DNA from: Paraglaciecola sp.
GTDB lineage: Bacteria; Pseudomonadota; Gammaproteobacteria; Enterobacterales; Alteromonadaceae
Direction: 5' to 3'
DNA length: 32,000 nt
Assembly: GCF_039964565.1 (NCBI RefSeq)
Contig: NZ_JBDVXF010000030.1
Span: 58,058 to 90,057 of the forward strand
Positions 1 to 10,533 of this stretch are shown here, in pieces (the stretch's first letter is position 1; each line of letters opens with the position of its first letter). Made by a program: the position numbers and the translations under genes. The notes below the pieces were generated by a model, which was not told the origin of the DNA, made no database searches, and saw only the letters and a list, made by a program, of their open reading frames with translations.

Positions 1-2
1 AG

Positions 3-473
3 ATGATGTCTAATTTGAAATCGTTGATCCCTGGCGCTGATTTGTGGCCACACTTTGTCACCAATCAGTCAGAACGTTTTGAAGCACGAGTCGCCATGTT
101 AGAAGTTAAACCTTCTAAGTCGGTGTTTTTTAACGGTATGCAGGGATCAAGAATGCCTATTGCTGTTTCTCACGGAGAAGGGCGCGCAGAATTTGCTAAT
201 GAGCAAGGTGCATCAAACGCGCTACAAAGTGCCGCGGTTGCTTTGCAATACGTAGACAACTACGGAAAAGTTACCCAAAATTACCCTGCAAACCCGAATG
301 GCTCACCACTTGGCATTGCAGGATTAACCAGTAGCGATGGAAGAGCAACGATTATGATGCCACATCCTGAACGAGTGTTTAGAACGGTCGCTAACTCTTG
401 GCACCCTCAAGATTGGCAAGAAGACAGCCCGTGGATGCGAATGTTTAGGAACGCCAGAGTTTATCTAGGGTAG
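3..473 (+). CDS. purL: Phosphoribosylformylglycinamidine synthase PurL, C-terminal glutamine-amidotransferase fragment (5' end outside window)
   Basis: ORF open to the window edge. The C-terminal sequence ...[11 protein letters not shown]...[13 protein letters not shown] matches the remembered E. coli PurL C-terminus (...WMRIFRNARKQLG) and the GATase histidine region. Confidence 0.9.
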   Translation: MMSNLKSLIPGADLWPHFVTNQSERFEARVAMLEVKPSKSVFFNGMQGSRMPIAVSHGEGRAEFANEQGASNALQSAAVALQYVDNYGKVTQNYPANPNGSPLGIAGLTSSDGRATIMMPHPERVFRTVANSWHPQDWQEDSPWMRMFRNARVYLG

Positions 474-559
474 ATTTGAAACTTTCTATCAAAAATACAA
501 TCCGTATTGTTATTAGTAGACAGTGATATGCAGTATTTTTAGTCTTTGTATTTTATTAA

Positions 560-586
560 TGACTGGAGTGATAACCACTCCGGTCA
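560..586 (+). terminator. Hairpin downstream of purL (candidate terminator)
   Basis: tgactggagtg-ataac-cactccggtca forms an 11-bp stem with one G-U pair, followed by a moderately T-rich stretch (gcttaaaatttt). Confidence 0.45.
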
Positions 587-767
587 GCTTAAAATTTTGA
601 TAATTTCAAGTTAATAATCAAAGAAAAAATAAAATCCTTGTATATCAGTAAAATAGTGATTAATATTTAGTCACATGTTGACAGGGAGTTCGTCTTCTGC
701 ATGTTAATAAAGTGTAAATCAATATGTGTTTAACAAAATTACAAATTAAAAATAATAAGAGACGCTC

Positions 768-938
768 ATGAATCGTTCAAACAAAGGTTTTGGCCTAGCT
801 GGCGTGCTAGTCACCGTTATTTTTCTCATTGTCGCGGCTATTTTCAGCGCTTCAGCCAAATCTTCAACAGTTCCGCAAATCTCGTTAGATTCAAACTCAC
901 ATTCATATACTCAAGTCCAATTAAAGGACACGCAGTAG
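768..938 (+). CDS. Small (56 aa) single-pass membrane peptide, not in the supplied ORF track
   Basis: Hand translation gives MNRSNKGFGLAGVLVTVIFLIVAAIFSASAKSSTVPQISLDSNSHSYTQVQLKDTQ*. It has positive N-terminal residues, one clear TM helix and a polar tail. A weak purine-rich SD (aagaga) lies about 10 nt upstream. No homology can be asserted. Confidence 0.4.
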   Translation: MNRSNKGFGLAGVLVTVIFLIVAAIFSASAKSSTVPQISLDSNSHSYTQVQLKDTQ

Positions 939-956
939 TTTTTTGACTCAATAAGG

Positions 957-1547
957 CTATTTTCTGCGATGTAACTCGCGGTTACTTGCTTTGTCGTGCT
1001 GGTTCTTTTTCAGTAAAACATAAACTGCACTATTTCCGCCGTGATAGGGTTGAGCAGTGTGATACGCAATCACTTCTGGCATTTGCTGCAACCATTGATG
1101 CAGATAACTTTTAATTAATGCTGGAAAGGGTTTGTTGTGCAAACCGAGACCATGTTTAATTAATAGGGTGCGTTCACCTTTTTTGTGGCTTTCTATGATT
1201 TGTGTAAAAAGCATTGTTCTGGCTTGTTCGAATTTTTTTTGTTGAAGATTTAAGACAAAATCAATTTTGTATTTGCCCATTCTTAAATTTTTAAACACAC
1301 CTTGCTGAATACCATCTAACTTAAAACTTATGTGATCGTAAGGATCCACCGGTTCAACTTTTTCAACGCTCAAATAATTATTTGTGAGGTTGTGAGTCGA
1401 CTCAATGGCTTGTCGTTTTAATTGTTGCGCCAAGGTATTCTTTTGTTGGCAGGTGGCCACAGTATCTGTTTGCTTGATAGGTTTGACGTCTTCTAACTCT
1501 TTTAAGAAGTCCTCTAGACCATCTTCCAATAGTTCAGTATTTCGCAT
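957..1547 (-). CDS. smrA: Smr-domain DNA endonuclease SmrA (YdaL-like)
   Basis: The sequence aligns by eye along its length with remembered E. coli SmrA. Examples: EDVKPIKQTDTV vs EDVQPLKRATDV; LRMGKYKIDFVLNL vs LRSGKYPQQASLNL. The C-terminal Smr block LLIKHGLG...IKSYLHQWL...AYHTAQPYHGGNSAVYVLLKK is also present. Confidence 0.8.
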   Translation of the reverse strand: MRNTELLEDGLEDFLKELEDVKPIKQTDTVATCQQKNTLAQQLKRQAIESTHNLTNNYLSVEKVEPVDPYDHISFKLDGIQQGVFKNLRMGKYKIDFVLNLQQKKFEQARTMLFTQIIESHKKGERTLLIKHGLGLHNKPFPALIKSYLHQWLQQMPEVIAYHTAQPYHGGNSAVYVLLKKNQHDKASNRELHRRK

Positions 1548-1699
1548 TTTCGTTTCCTATTTAAAAAATACATCCAACTTTGGCAACTTGTCATTACATT
1601 ACCTGAAGAGTGAATCGCTTTTACATATTCTTATGTGGCCATAAATATGACACACTTTATGACAGCAAATTATAATAGTAGTTTCTATCAGGTAAAATC

Positions 1700-3628
1700 A
1701 TGATCATAAAATATTTCGTTGTTGGGGCACTGGCCTTAACCATTGTTAGCGGATGTTCTGACGAGAGTTCATCTAATACAGCAGGTAGCACTAAAGTAGA
1801 TCAATCCGCATCAACAGTTGCCGATGTAAGTAAAACTAAAATCGAGACCAAAACCATAGAAGTCGGTAAAGATTATCACTCTTTTGGGAATCCAGAATCC
1901 ATTGAGGTTAATCACTTAACTTTGGATTTAACTGTAGATTTTTCCAAAAAAGTCTTACTTGGAACCGCTCAGTTAGATTTTCAAAAAATAGACCCAAAAG
2001 CAAAGCAATTGGTTCTAGACACTCGTGACTTGACAATAAACGACGTCACCGCAAACGGGCAGCCTCTGAATTTTAAACTGGCCAAAGCCGATTCATTTTT
2101 GGGTGCCGCTTTAACAATTGATATTCCAGCCAATGTGGATAAAGTGGTGATTAGTTATCAAACTTCACCCGAAGCTTCAGGAGTACAATGGCTGACACCA
2201 GAGCAAACCGCAGGTAAAAAACACCCGTTTTTATTCACCCAAGCCCAAGCTATCCATGCTCGTAGTTTTATTCCGTTACAAGATTCACCTCAGGTAAGAA
2301 TGACTTACGATGCGACTATTCGCACTCCTAAAGACCTAATAGCCGTAATGAGTGCATCTAACGACCCTGATACCGAACGTGACGGCATCTATGAATTTTC
2401 TATGCCACAGCCTATACCTTCTTATTTGATCGCTTTAGCAGTAGGCGATTTATATTTTAAATCGATGGGCGAACGCACAGGGGTTTATTCTGAGAAAGGA
2501 ATACTGGACGCCGCCGCATCTGAATTTTCAGATACAGAGTCTATGCTCATTGCCACCGAAAAAGCTTTTGGACCCTACAGTTGGGATCGATATGACTTAT
2601 TGATCTTACCCCCATCATTTCCGTTTGGAGGTATGGAGAATCCTCGTTTGTCTTTTATTACGCCTACTGTGATTGCTGGCGATAAAAGTCTCGTTTCGCT
2701 GATTGCTCATGAGCTAGCGCATTCATGGTCAGGTAATACAGTGACTAACGCAACTTGGCGAGACCTGTGGTTAAACGAAGGCTTTACCACTTATTTAACC
2801 TACCGAATTATGCAGATGATCTATGGTGATGAACGCTTTGAAATGGAAGCGGTGTTAGGGCGTCAAGATTTACAAGCCGATGTCGATTCACTAGCTGCAA
2901 GTGACCAGATCATGGCAATTGATTTGCGAGGCCGAGACCCAGATGTGGTGTTTAGCAATATTCCTTATGAAAAAGGTGCTTTGTTTTTACGTGAGTTAGA
3001 AAACAAAGTAGGAAGAGAAAATTTTGATAAATTTCTACTGGGTTATTTCGAAACGTTTGCCTTTCAAAGCATCACCACAGAGCAATTTGTGAATTACTTA
3101 GAGCAAACCTTACTCAAGGACCACAGTACAAAATTGTCAAAACAGAGAATACAGCAATGGATCTTCGAACCCGGTATTCCAACTGATGCTCCGGTTCCAG
3201 AATCGGATGCTTTTAGTGTGGTAGATCAAGCGAGGAATGCTTGGTTATCAGGGGCAATTAGAGCAACTGAGATTGATAGTGATAAATGGGTAGTACATCA
3301 ATGGCTGTATTTTTTAAATAACATGCCAGAAAAACTGAGCCAAGAACAACTCGCAGATTTGGACAAAGCCTTTTCTTTAACACACAGCAAAAATAATGAA
3401 ATTGCCCATAGCTGGTTATTGATCAGCGTAAATAACTGGTATCAACCTGCTTTTAAACGCTTGCATCAATATTTAACGTCCATTGGTCGTAATAAGTTAG
3501 TCAAACCTTTATATAAAGCCCTTTCGCAAACGCCAGAAGGTAAAGTGATGGCACAGAAAGCCTTCAATGAAGCCAAAGAGGCCTACCATCCGTTAACAGT
3601 CAAAGCCAATGAAGGTTTTGTTGAATAG
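1700..3628 (+). CDS. M1-family zinc aminopeptidase (leukotriene A4 hydrolase / cold-active aminopeptidase type), lipoprotein
   Basis: GGMEN exopeptidase motif, HELAHSWSGN (HEXXH) and WLNEGFTTY (third zinc ligand Glu). N-terminal lipobox ...TIVSGC. Confidence 0.9.
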   Translation: MIIKYFVVGALALTIVSGCSDESSSNTAGSTKVDQSASTVADVSKTKIETKTIEVGKDYHSFGNPESIEVNHLTLDLTVDFSKKVLLGTAQLDFQKIDPKAKQLVLDTRDLTINDVTANGQPLNFKLAKADSFLGAALTIDIPANVDKVVISYQTSPEASGVQWLTPEQTAGKKHPFLFTQAQAIHARSFIPLQDSPQVRMTYDATIRTPKDLIAVMSASNDPDTERDGIYEFSMPQPIPSYLIALAVGDLYFKSMGERTGVYSEKGILDAAASEFSDTESMLIATEKAFGPYSWDRYDLLILPPSFPFGGMENPRLSFITPTVIAGDKSLVSLIAHELAHSWSGNTVTNATWRDLWLNEGFTTYLTYRIMQMIYGDERFEMEAVLGRQDLQADVDSLAASDQIMAIDLRGRDPDVVFSNIPYEKGALFLRELENKVGRENFDKFLLGYFETFAFQSITTEQFVNYLEQTLLKDHSTKLSKQRIQQWIFEPGIPTDAPVPESDAFSVVDQARNAWLSGAIRATEIDSDKWVVHQWLYFLNNMPEKLSQEQLADLDKAFSLTHSKNNEIAHSWLLISVNNWYQPAFKRLHQYLTSIGRNKLVKPLYKALSQTPEGKVMAQKAFNEAKEAYHPLTVKANEGFVE

Positions 3629-3644
3629 AGGTTATTCATAGTGC

Positions 3645-3687
3645 AAAACGTAAAAAGCCAATCGTTATGATTGGCTTTTTACGTTTT
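3645..3687. terminator. Bidirectional rho-independent terminator between the aminopeptidase gene and bfd
   Basis: Perfect 19-bp inverted repeat aaaacgtaaaaagccaatc / gattggctttttacgtttt with a 5-nt loop. A-runs and T-runs on both sides lie between convergent genes. Confidence 0.8.
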
Positions 3688-3706
3688 AATTAATTGATCG
3701 TAGGCT

Positions 3707-3901
3707 CTAACACACTTCCTTAAATAAGGATTCGTCCATAATAGTGCTGTCGATAATCGCTTGCGCCATTTGTACACATTTGCCGCATTGTGTGCCAGCA
3801 TTCAACTTTTTCTTCAGTTGACGCATATTACCCACACCGTCTTCTAAGACAGCCTGTTTAATTGCTTTATCTGTGATGCCGTGGCATAAACAAACGTACA
3901 T
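3707..3901 (-). CDS. bfd: Bacterioferritin-associated ferredoxin (2Fe-2S), Bfd
   Basis: 64 aa. MYVCLCHGITDKAI...GTQCGKCV shows the Bfd-type four-Cys arrangement (C-x-C ... C-x2-C) and typical size. Confidence 0.85.
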   Translation of the reverse strand: MYVCLCHGITDKAIKQAVLEDGVGNMRQLKKKLNAGTQCGKCVQMAQAIIDSTIMDESLFKEVC

Positions 3902-3922
3902 ACAATACCCTTATAACCTTTA

Positions 3923-3949
3923 TGTAAATAAGAATAATTGTTATTTACA
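3923..3949. promoter_or_regulatory. Fur-box-like palindrome upstream of bfd
   Basis: tgtaaataa-gaataattg-ttatttaca is a perfect 9-bp inverted repeat. The core AATAAGAATAATTGTTATT matches about 13/19 of the Fur consensus GATAATGATAATCATTATC and lies 22-48 nt upstream of the bfd ATG. Confidence 0.45.
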
Positions 3950-4171
3950 TAAAGATCAACAAATAAATTTAAACTGGCTTGTATTTCTATTGAAGGAAAA
4001 AACAACACAACTGAGTGGGTTTGACAATTTTTAGCATAATTATTTTTACCCTTACTGTTGTTTTTTAATAATGTGCACTCATATGCTTGGTAACACCTAC
4101 AATATTACTTTGGTTCACATACTTAGGAAATTTCGCAGTGAACCATTCAATCATATAATCAGGAGAAATTA

Positions 4172-4777
4172 ATGAGTGTATTAGTGAGTCGTCCAGCCCC
4201 AGATTTTACAGCCGCTGCGGTACTTGGAAGTGGTGAAATTGTTGATAGTTTTACCCTAAGTGAAGCCATTAAAGGTAAAAAAGCGGTATTGTTTTTCTAT
4301 CCTTTAGATTTCACTTTTGTTTGTCCATCTGAGCTTATTGCTTTTGACAAACGTTATGAAGAATTTACAAAGCGTGGTGTGGAAGTGATTGGTGTTTCAA
4401 TCGATTCTCAATTTAGCCACAATGCATGGCGCAATACTCCTATCAATGAAGGTGGTATTGGTCCCGTTAAATACACTTTGGTTGCTGATGTTAAACATGA
4501 CATTTGTCAGGCATATGATGTTGAGCATCCAGATGCAGGTGTGGCTTTCCGTGGTTCGTTCTTAATTGACGAAGAAGGCGTAGTGCGCCATCAAGTAGTT
4601 AATGACTTACCTCTTGGCCGTAACATTGACGACATGTTACGTATGGTTGATGCCCTAAACTTCCACGAAGAGCATGGAGAAGTATGCCCAGCTGGTTGGA
4701 CTGAAGGTTCAAAAGGTATGGTAGATAGCCCAGAAGGCGTAGCAAGTTACTTAGCTGAGAACGCTGATAGCTTGTAA
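4172..4777 (+). CDS. Typical 2-Cys peroxiredoxin (AhpC/Prx1 subfamily)
   Basis: Peroxidatic Cys motif DFTFVCPSE and resolving Cys motif EVCPAGW. 201 aa. Strong SD (caggag) upstream. Confidence 0.9.
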   Translation: MSVLVSRPAPDFTAAAVLGSGEIVDSFTLSEAIKGKKAVLFFYPLDFTFVCPSELIAFDKRYEEFTKRGVEVIGVSIDSQFSHNAWRNTPINEGGIGPVKYTLVADVKHDICQAYDVEHPDAGVAFRGSFLIDEEGVVRHQVVNDLPLGRNIDDMLRMVDALNFHEEHGEVCPAGWTEGSKGMVDSPEGVASYLAENADSL

Positions 4778-4795
4778 TAAGTATTCTGCTTAAAT

Positions 4796-4829
4796 AAAAA
4801 AACCGCTTCAAATTGAAGCGGTTTTTTGC
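4796..4829. terminator. Bidirectional terminator between the peroxiredoxin gene and rnt
   Basis: aaaaa-aaccgcttca-aat-tgaagcggtt-ttttt is a 10-bp stem flanked by A and T runs between convergent genes. Confidence 0.85.
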
Positions 4830-4841
4830 TTTTAATTGAAC

Positions 4842-5468
4842 TCAATTATGTGCTTCTAAACCACCCAAACTTTGCCACCTGTTAAGTATGTAGCAAAATA
4901 GCTCTGCTGTTTTTTCAGTATCATACAAAGCGGAATGTGCTTCATTTTGATCAAAACTAATTCCCGCTGCCATGCAGGCTTTTACTAACACTGTTTGACC
5001 AAGGGCTAAGCCTGATAATGTTGTAGTATCAAATGATACAAATGGGTGAAATGGACTGCGTTTAATATGGCTACGCGCAATCGCGGCATTAACAAAACTT
5101 TGATCAAAGGCTGCGTTGTGGGCAACAATCACCGAGCGCTGACAATCCGCTGCTTTTTGTTCTTTACGCACATTTTTACACAGATCCTTCATCACTTCCG
5201 TTTCGTCTTGTGCACCTCGTAGGGCACAATAGGGATCAATACCGTTAAAATCCAAGGCGGCTTTTTCTAAGTTCGCCCCTTCAAAAGGATTAACATGGTA
5301 GTGAAAGGTTTTATCTGGATAGAAAAAACCATTTTCGTCCATCTTTGTGGTGACAGCGGCTATCTCTAAAAGGGCATCGTTATTCGCATTGAAACCAGCC
5401 GTTTCAACGTCAATGACTACAGGAAAATATCCCCTAAAGCGATTTTTTAACTCAAATGATTCTGACAT
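4842..5468 (-). CDS. rnt: Ribonuclease T (DEDDh exoribonuclease)
   Basis: [18 protein letters not shown] (ExoI motif), VAHNAAFD (ExoII) and [14 protein letters not shown] (ExoIII, DEDDh). 208 aa. Confidence 0.9.
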   Translation of the reverse strand: MSESFELKNRFRGYFPVVIDVETAGFNANNDALLEIAAVTTKMDENGFFYPDKTFHYHVNPFEGANLEKAALDFNGIDPYCALRGAQDETEVMKDLCKNVRKEQKAADCQRSVIVAHNAAFDQSFVNAAIARSHIKRSPFHPFVSFDTTTLSGLALGQTVLVKACMAAGISFDQNEAHSALYDTEKTAELFCYILNRWQSLGGLEAHN

Positions 5469-5569
5469 GGAAACCTAAAAAATTTTGATGAAGCACAATT
5501 ATGACAAGGTTCTTTTTGAGTAGCTAGTTTAAAAATAAAGGCACTTCATTTTAATCAAAGTTAATTAGT

Positions 5570-5596
5570 TAAACGTTTTGTGTAATTTGTCGATAT
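5570..5596 (+). promoter_or_regulatory. Candidate sigma28 (FliA) promoter of motY
   Basis: TAAA-N15-GTCGATAT compared with the consensus TAAA-N15-GCCGATAA. The -10 element ends about 30 nt upstream of the motY ATG. Confidence 0.5.
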
Positions 5597-5625
5597 AATT
5601 GTCAGAAGCGGGGGGCTCCTAATCC

Positions 5626-6504
5626 ATGTTCAATAAAATGTTTAAAACAATGTTTTGTGCCATCTTAGTCGCATTGTCTGTTAATTCGGCGGCGGCACTA
5701 CGGCAGTACACTGCTAAAGTAGAAGATTCAGACTGGCAACTCAAAGACGAAACGCGTTTGCAATGTACCTTAAGTCATAAACTTCCAGGTTATGGCGAAG
5801 CCTTGTTTAGTAGTTTTGCTTCTAAACAATTAAACATGGAATTTGAATTGGATATGTTACGCCTGCCTAAATCTTATGGGGTCGCCGCAGTGTATTCAGT
5901 ACCTCCCAAATGGATGCCTGGGCAAGTTCAGCGGGCCATTGCCGACATGACAATTCGTAAACAATACGATGGCGACCTTCCCGAACAAGCTGCTTGGACT
6001 ATGTTAACCGAGCTAGAAAAGGGATTTTGGCCCACTATTTATTATCAAGATTGGTACAACCCTTACGACAAGGTAGCAGTAGGTTTAAACGCCAGTAATT
6101 TTGCCTTACCTTACACACAATTTGCTGAATGTGTTGCTAACTTATTGCCTTATAGTTTTCAAGACATAGCGTACACAGTGCTTAACTACCAGTTCAATAA
6201 TACTAAGTTGACTAAATATTCGCAGAAACGGTTAGCCATGATTGGCGAATACTTAAAAGAAGATACCGATTTAGAATTGGTTTTGTTAGATGGATATACC
6301 GACAGTTACGGCGGTAGAGAAATCAACAAAGAGATTTCTATCCGCAGAGCAGTAGAAATAAAAGCGTTTTTCAGTTCTATGGGAGTGGCTCCTGACCGCA
6401 TAGAAGTTACTGGACATGGAGAGAGACGCCATGCAGCGCCAAACATTAACGAGAGCACACGAGCTAAGAACCGCCGCGTAGTCATAAGAATGTCAAAGCC
6501 TTAA
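5626..6504 (+). CDS. motY: Sodium-type polar flagellar T-ring protein MotY (N-terminal MotY domain plus C-terminal OmpA-like peptidoglycan-binding domain)
   Basis: Signal peptide present. The N-terminus LRQYTAKVEDSDWQL...LQCTLSHKLPGYGEALFSS..ASKQLNMEFEL parallels remembered Vibrio MotY (VRQYVASPENSTW...LECRLVHPIPSFGDAEFTS). C-terminal OmpA-like block: GYTDS...SIRRAVEIKAFF...NRRVVI. The gene is adjacent to rnt, as in Vibrio. Confidence 0.85.
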   Translation: MFNKMFKTMFCAILVALSVNSAAALRQYTAKVEDSDWQLKDETRLQCTLSHKLPGYGEALFSSFASKQLNMEFELDMLRLPKSYGVAAVYSVPPKWMPGQVQRAIADMTIRKQYDGDLPEQAAWTMLTELEKGFWPTIYYQDWYNPYDKVAVGLNASNFALPYTQFAECVANLLPYSFQDIAYTVLNYQFNNTKLTKYSQKRLAMIGEYLKEDTDLELVLLDGYTDSYGGREINKEISIRRAVEIKAFFSSMGVAPDRIEVTGHGERRHAAPNINESTRAKNRRVVIRMSKP

Positions 6505-6570
6505 ATCAGATTTCGGTTCTCATCTACCGAAATCTAGATTCTGTTATTAAGAAACCTAAGGTTTAGATAT

Positions 6571-7212
6571 CTAGTCTTCGGCTTCGGGTATGTGCTGGGT
6601 AAACAAATTCACAGCGCAATCACACATCGCATCTATATGGCTGCGATCAGCATAAATTCCGTCTATCAATAATCGCGCTATGCCGTGCATCGTACCCCAA
6701 GTGACTTGGGACAACCGCAAAGTATCCTCGCCGCTGGGCATTAATCCTTGTGCTTGCCATTTTTTAGTCATTTCTACCTGATGATGAAAACTAGGGAAGG
6801 CCGCTTTACGTAACTCTTCGGTGGCGCTGTTTTGTTTCCAAATGGTGCGACCAAACATCAAATCGTATAATTCTGGGTTATCGGCAGCGTAACTAATATA
6901 ACCGTGGAAAAACTGCCGATACTTTTCTTGGGGCAGTAACCCTTTTTGATTAAATATAAACTCAGCATCTTGATGCCAACGCACAAATCCTTGTTCTGCA
7001 ATCGCACAAAGTAACTGATTTTTGTCCTTAAAGTGATGATAGGGCGCAGTGCGAGAAACCCCCACTTTGTCGGCCAGTTTACGTAAAGACAAGCCTTCTA
7101 TGCCGGTCTCTCTTAACAGAGCATTTGCGGCGTTAAGCAGCGTGCTGCGTAAATCACCATGATGATAACTAGGTTTATTGTGTTTTGTTTTCTTCGCTGT
7201 TTGTTGACTCAT
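6571..7212 (-). CDS. TetR/AcrR-family transcriptional regulator
   Basis: N-terminal HTH LSLRKLADKVGVSRTAPYHHFKDKNQLL. 213 aa. Divergent from the isomerase-fadH operon. Confidence 0.85.
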   Translation of the reverse strand: MSQQTAKKTKHNKPSYHHGDLRSTLLNAANALLRETGIEGLSLRKLADKVGVSRTAPYHHFKDKNQLLCAIAEQGFVRWHQDAEFIFNQKGLLPQEKYRQFFHGYISYAADNPELYDLMFGRTIWKQNSATEELRKAAFPSFHHQVEMTKKWQAQGLMPSGEDTLRLSQVTWGTMHGIARLLIDGIYADRSHIDAMCDCAVNLFTQHIPEAED

Positions 7213-7240
7213 AACCGACTATTAATAAATTTGATAATTG

Positions 7241-7286
7241 TTATCTTGACAGCGTCAACATATGCTTTTATCTTGACGCTGTCTAG
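7241..7286. promoter_or_regulatory. Candidate TetR operator pair in the divergent promoter region
   Basis: TTATCTTGAC occurs twice (7241-7250 and 7268-7277). The first copy continues into the perfect palindrome TTGAC-AGC-GTCAA (7246-7258). The second carries GACGCTGTC, the reverse complement of the first core GACAGCGTC. Confidence 0.4.
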
Positions 7287-7365
7287 TTTAATTTTTTGTT
7301 AACAGTATGGGCAAACCATACACAACGCCAATTTTAAGCTCATTACTAATCCAAGGAGAAAGACT

Positions 7366-8217
7366 GTGCACAATATCGATTTATCTGCGCTAGAAACCTT
7401 AACTGTGAATATCGAAAATCACATCGCTCATATCCAACTGAGCCGCCCGGAAGCGTTGAATAGCATGGTGCCAGCTTTTTGGCGTGAACTACCTGCTGTA
7501 GTGCGAAAAATTGATGCCGAATCTCAGGCGCGAGTAATCGTTATTTCATCACAAGGTAAACATTTTAGTGCCGGTATGGATTTATCGGTGTTCACTAATA
7601 TGGCCAAAGACTTTCAAGGTGAGCCCGCTCGTCGTGCAGAGCGAACCCGCAGACTAGTGTTGGAGTTACAAGATAGCTTTAACGCCCTTGAAGAAGTACG
7701 TATGCCGGTTTTAGTAGCAGTACAGGGCGGCGTGATTGGTGGCGCTGTAGATATGATTTGTGCTGCAGATAGCCGTTATTGTACTCAAGAAGCCTACTTT
7801 ACCATTAAAGAAACCGAACTAGGCATGACCGCAGATGTAGGGACTTTGCAGCGTTTACCGCATTTAATGCCTCAAGGTTTAATTCGCGAGTTAGCTTATA
7901 CAGGCCGTAATATGCCAAGTGACGAAGCGAAACAATGTGGTTTTGTTAATCAAGTATTTGCCGACCAACAAGCCATGCTTGAAGGTGTTATGAAAATTGC
8001 TGCCAAAATAGCAATGCATTCACCTATGGCTGTGGCGGGTTGTAAAGAAATGATCAATTACACCCGTGATCATGATGTTTCAGACAGCTTAACCTATATG
8101 GCCACTTGGCAAAGTGGCATGTTTCAAATGCCAGATGTGCAAGAAGCAATGGCAGCAGGACAACAAAAACGCTTACCTGTGTATGCCGATCTACACAAAA
8201 AATCTTCTGGCATGTAA
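7366..8217 (+). CDS. Crotonase-fold delta3,5-delta2,4-dienoyl-CoA isomerase (ECH1-like)
   Basis: GTG start with SD aaggag. RYCTQEAYFTIKETELGMTADVGTLQRLP and TYMATWQSGMFQMPD closely parallel remembered mammalian ECH1 blocks (RYCTQDAFFQVKEVDVGLAADVGTLQRLP; DYMATWNMSMLQTQD). Confidence 0.8.
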   Translation: MHNIDLSALETLTVNIENHIAHIQLSRPEALNSMVPAFWRELPAVVRKIDAESQARVIVISSQGKHFSAGMDLSVFTNMAKDFQGEPARRAERTRRLVLELQDSFNALEEVRMPVLVAVQGGVIGGAVDMICAADSRYCTQEAYFTIKETELGMTADVGTLQRLPHLMPQGLIRELAYTGRNMPSDEAKQCGFVNQVFADQQAMLEGVMKIAAKIAMHSPMAVAGCKEMINYTRDHDVSDSLTYMATWQSGMFQMPDVQEAMAAGQQKRLPVYADLHKKSSGM

Positions 8218-8251
8218 GTCAGCAAAAATCAAAACATACGAATTCGAGTAA

Positions 8252-10318
<2,067 letters not shown>

Positions 10319-10343
10319 CAAGTGATTGTCAATAGATAGTTTC

Positions 10344-10370
10344 AAGCCGGCTCATGAAGTCGGCTTTTTT
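10344..10370 (+). terminator. Candidate terminator after fadH
   Basis: aagccg-(11 nt loop)-cggctt followed by a T-run (tttttt). Confidence 0.6.
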
Positions 10371-10533
10371 ATGCGCATTTACCTTCATACAGTTGCAGTG
10401 AATTGGTATTAAAGTTACCCAAATAATTAGCGCAATAAGTTGTTTTAACAAAGAAAGTTAATTATTGTTTATTTGGCTTAAATTTAAGTGGCTGCTTATC
10501 AGTGGTCGTTGTAATAATTAAAAGGACAAACGG

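Noticed and set aside
957-1547. SmrA lacking the DLH-type motif seen in SmrB (LNLQQ in place of LDLHG)
   Set aside because: As I recall it, E. coli SmrA has the same LNL arrangement at this position. This is a family trait, not a degenerate or unusual copy.
4172-4777. Peroxiredoxin without an adjacent ahpF as an anomaly
   Set aside because: Prx1/TsaA-type 2-Cys peroxiredoxins of about 200 aa are commonly reduced by thioredoxin and stand alone, so this is not unusual.
5610-5615. G6 run upstream of motY as a possible phase-variation tract
   Set aside because: It sits 10-16 nt upstream of the ATG and is most simply the Shine-Dalgarno region. It is also too short for efficient slippage.
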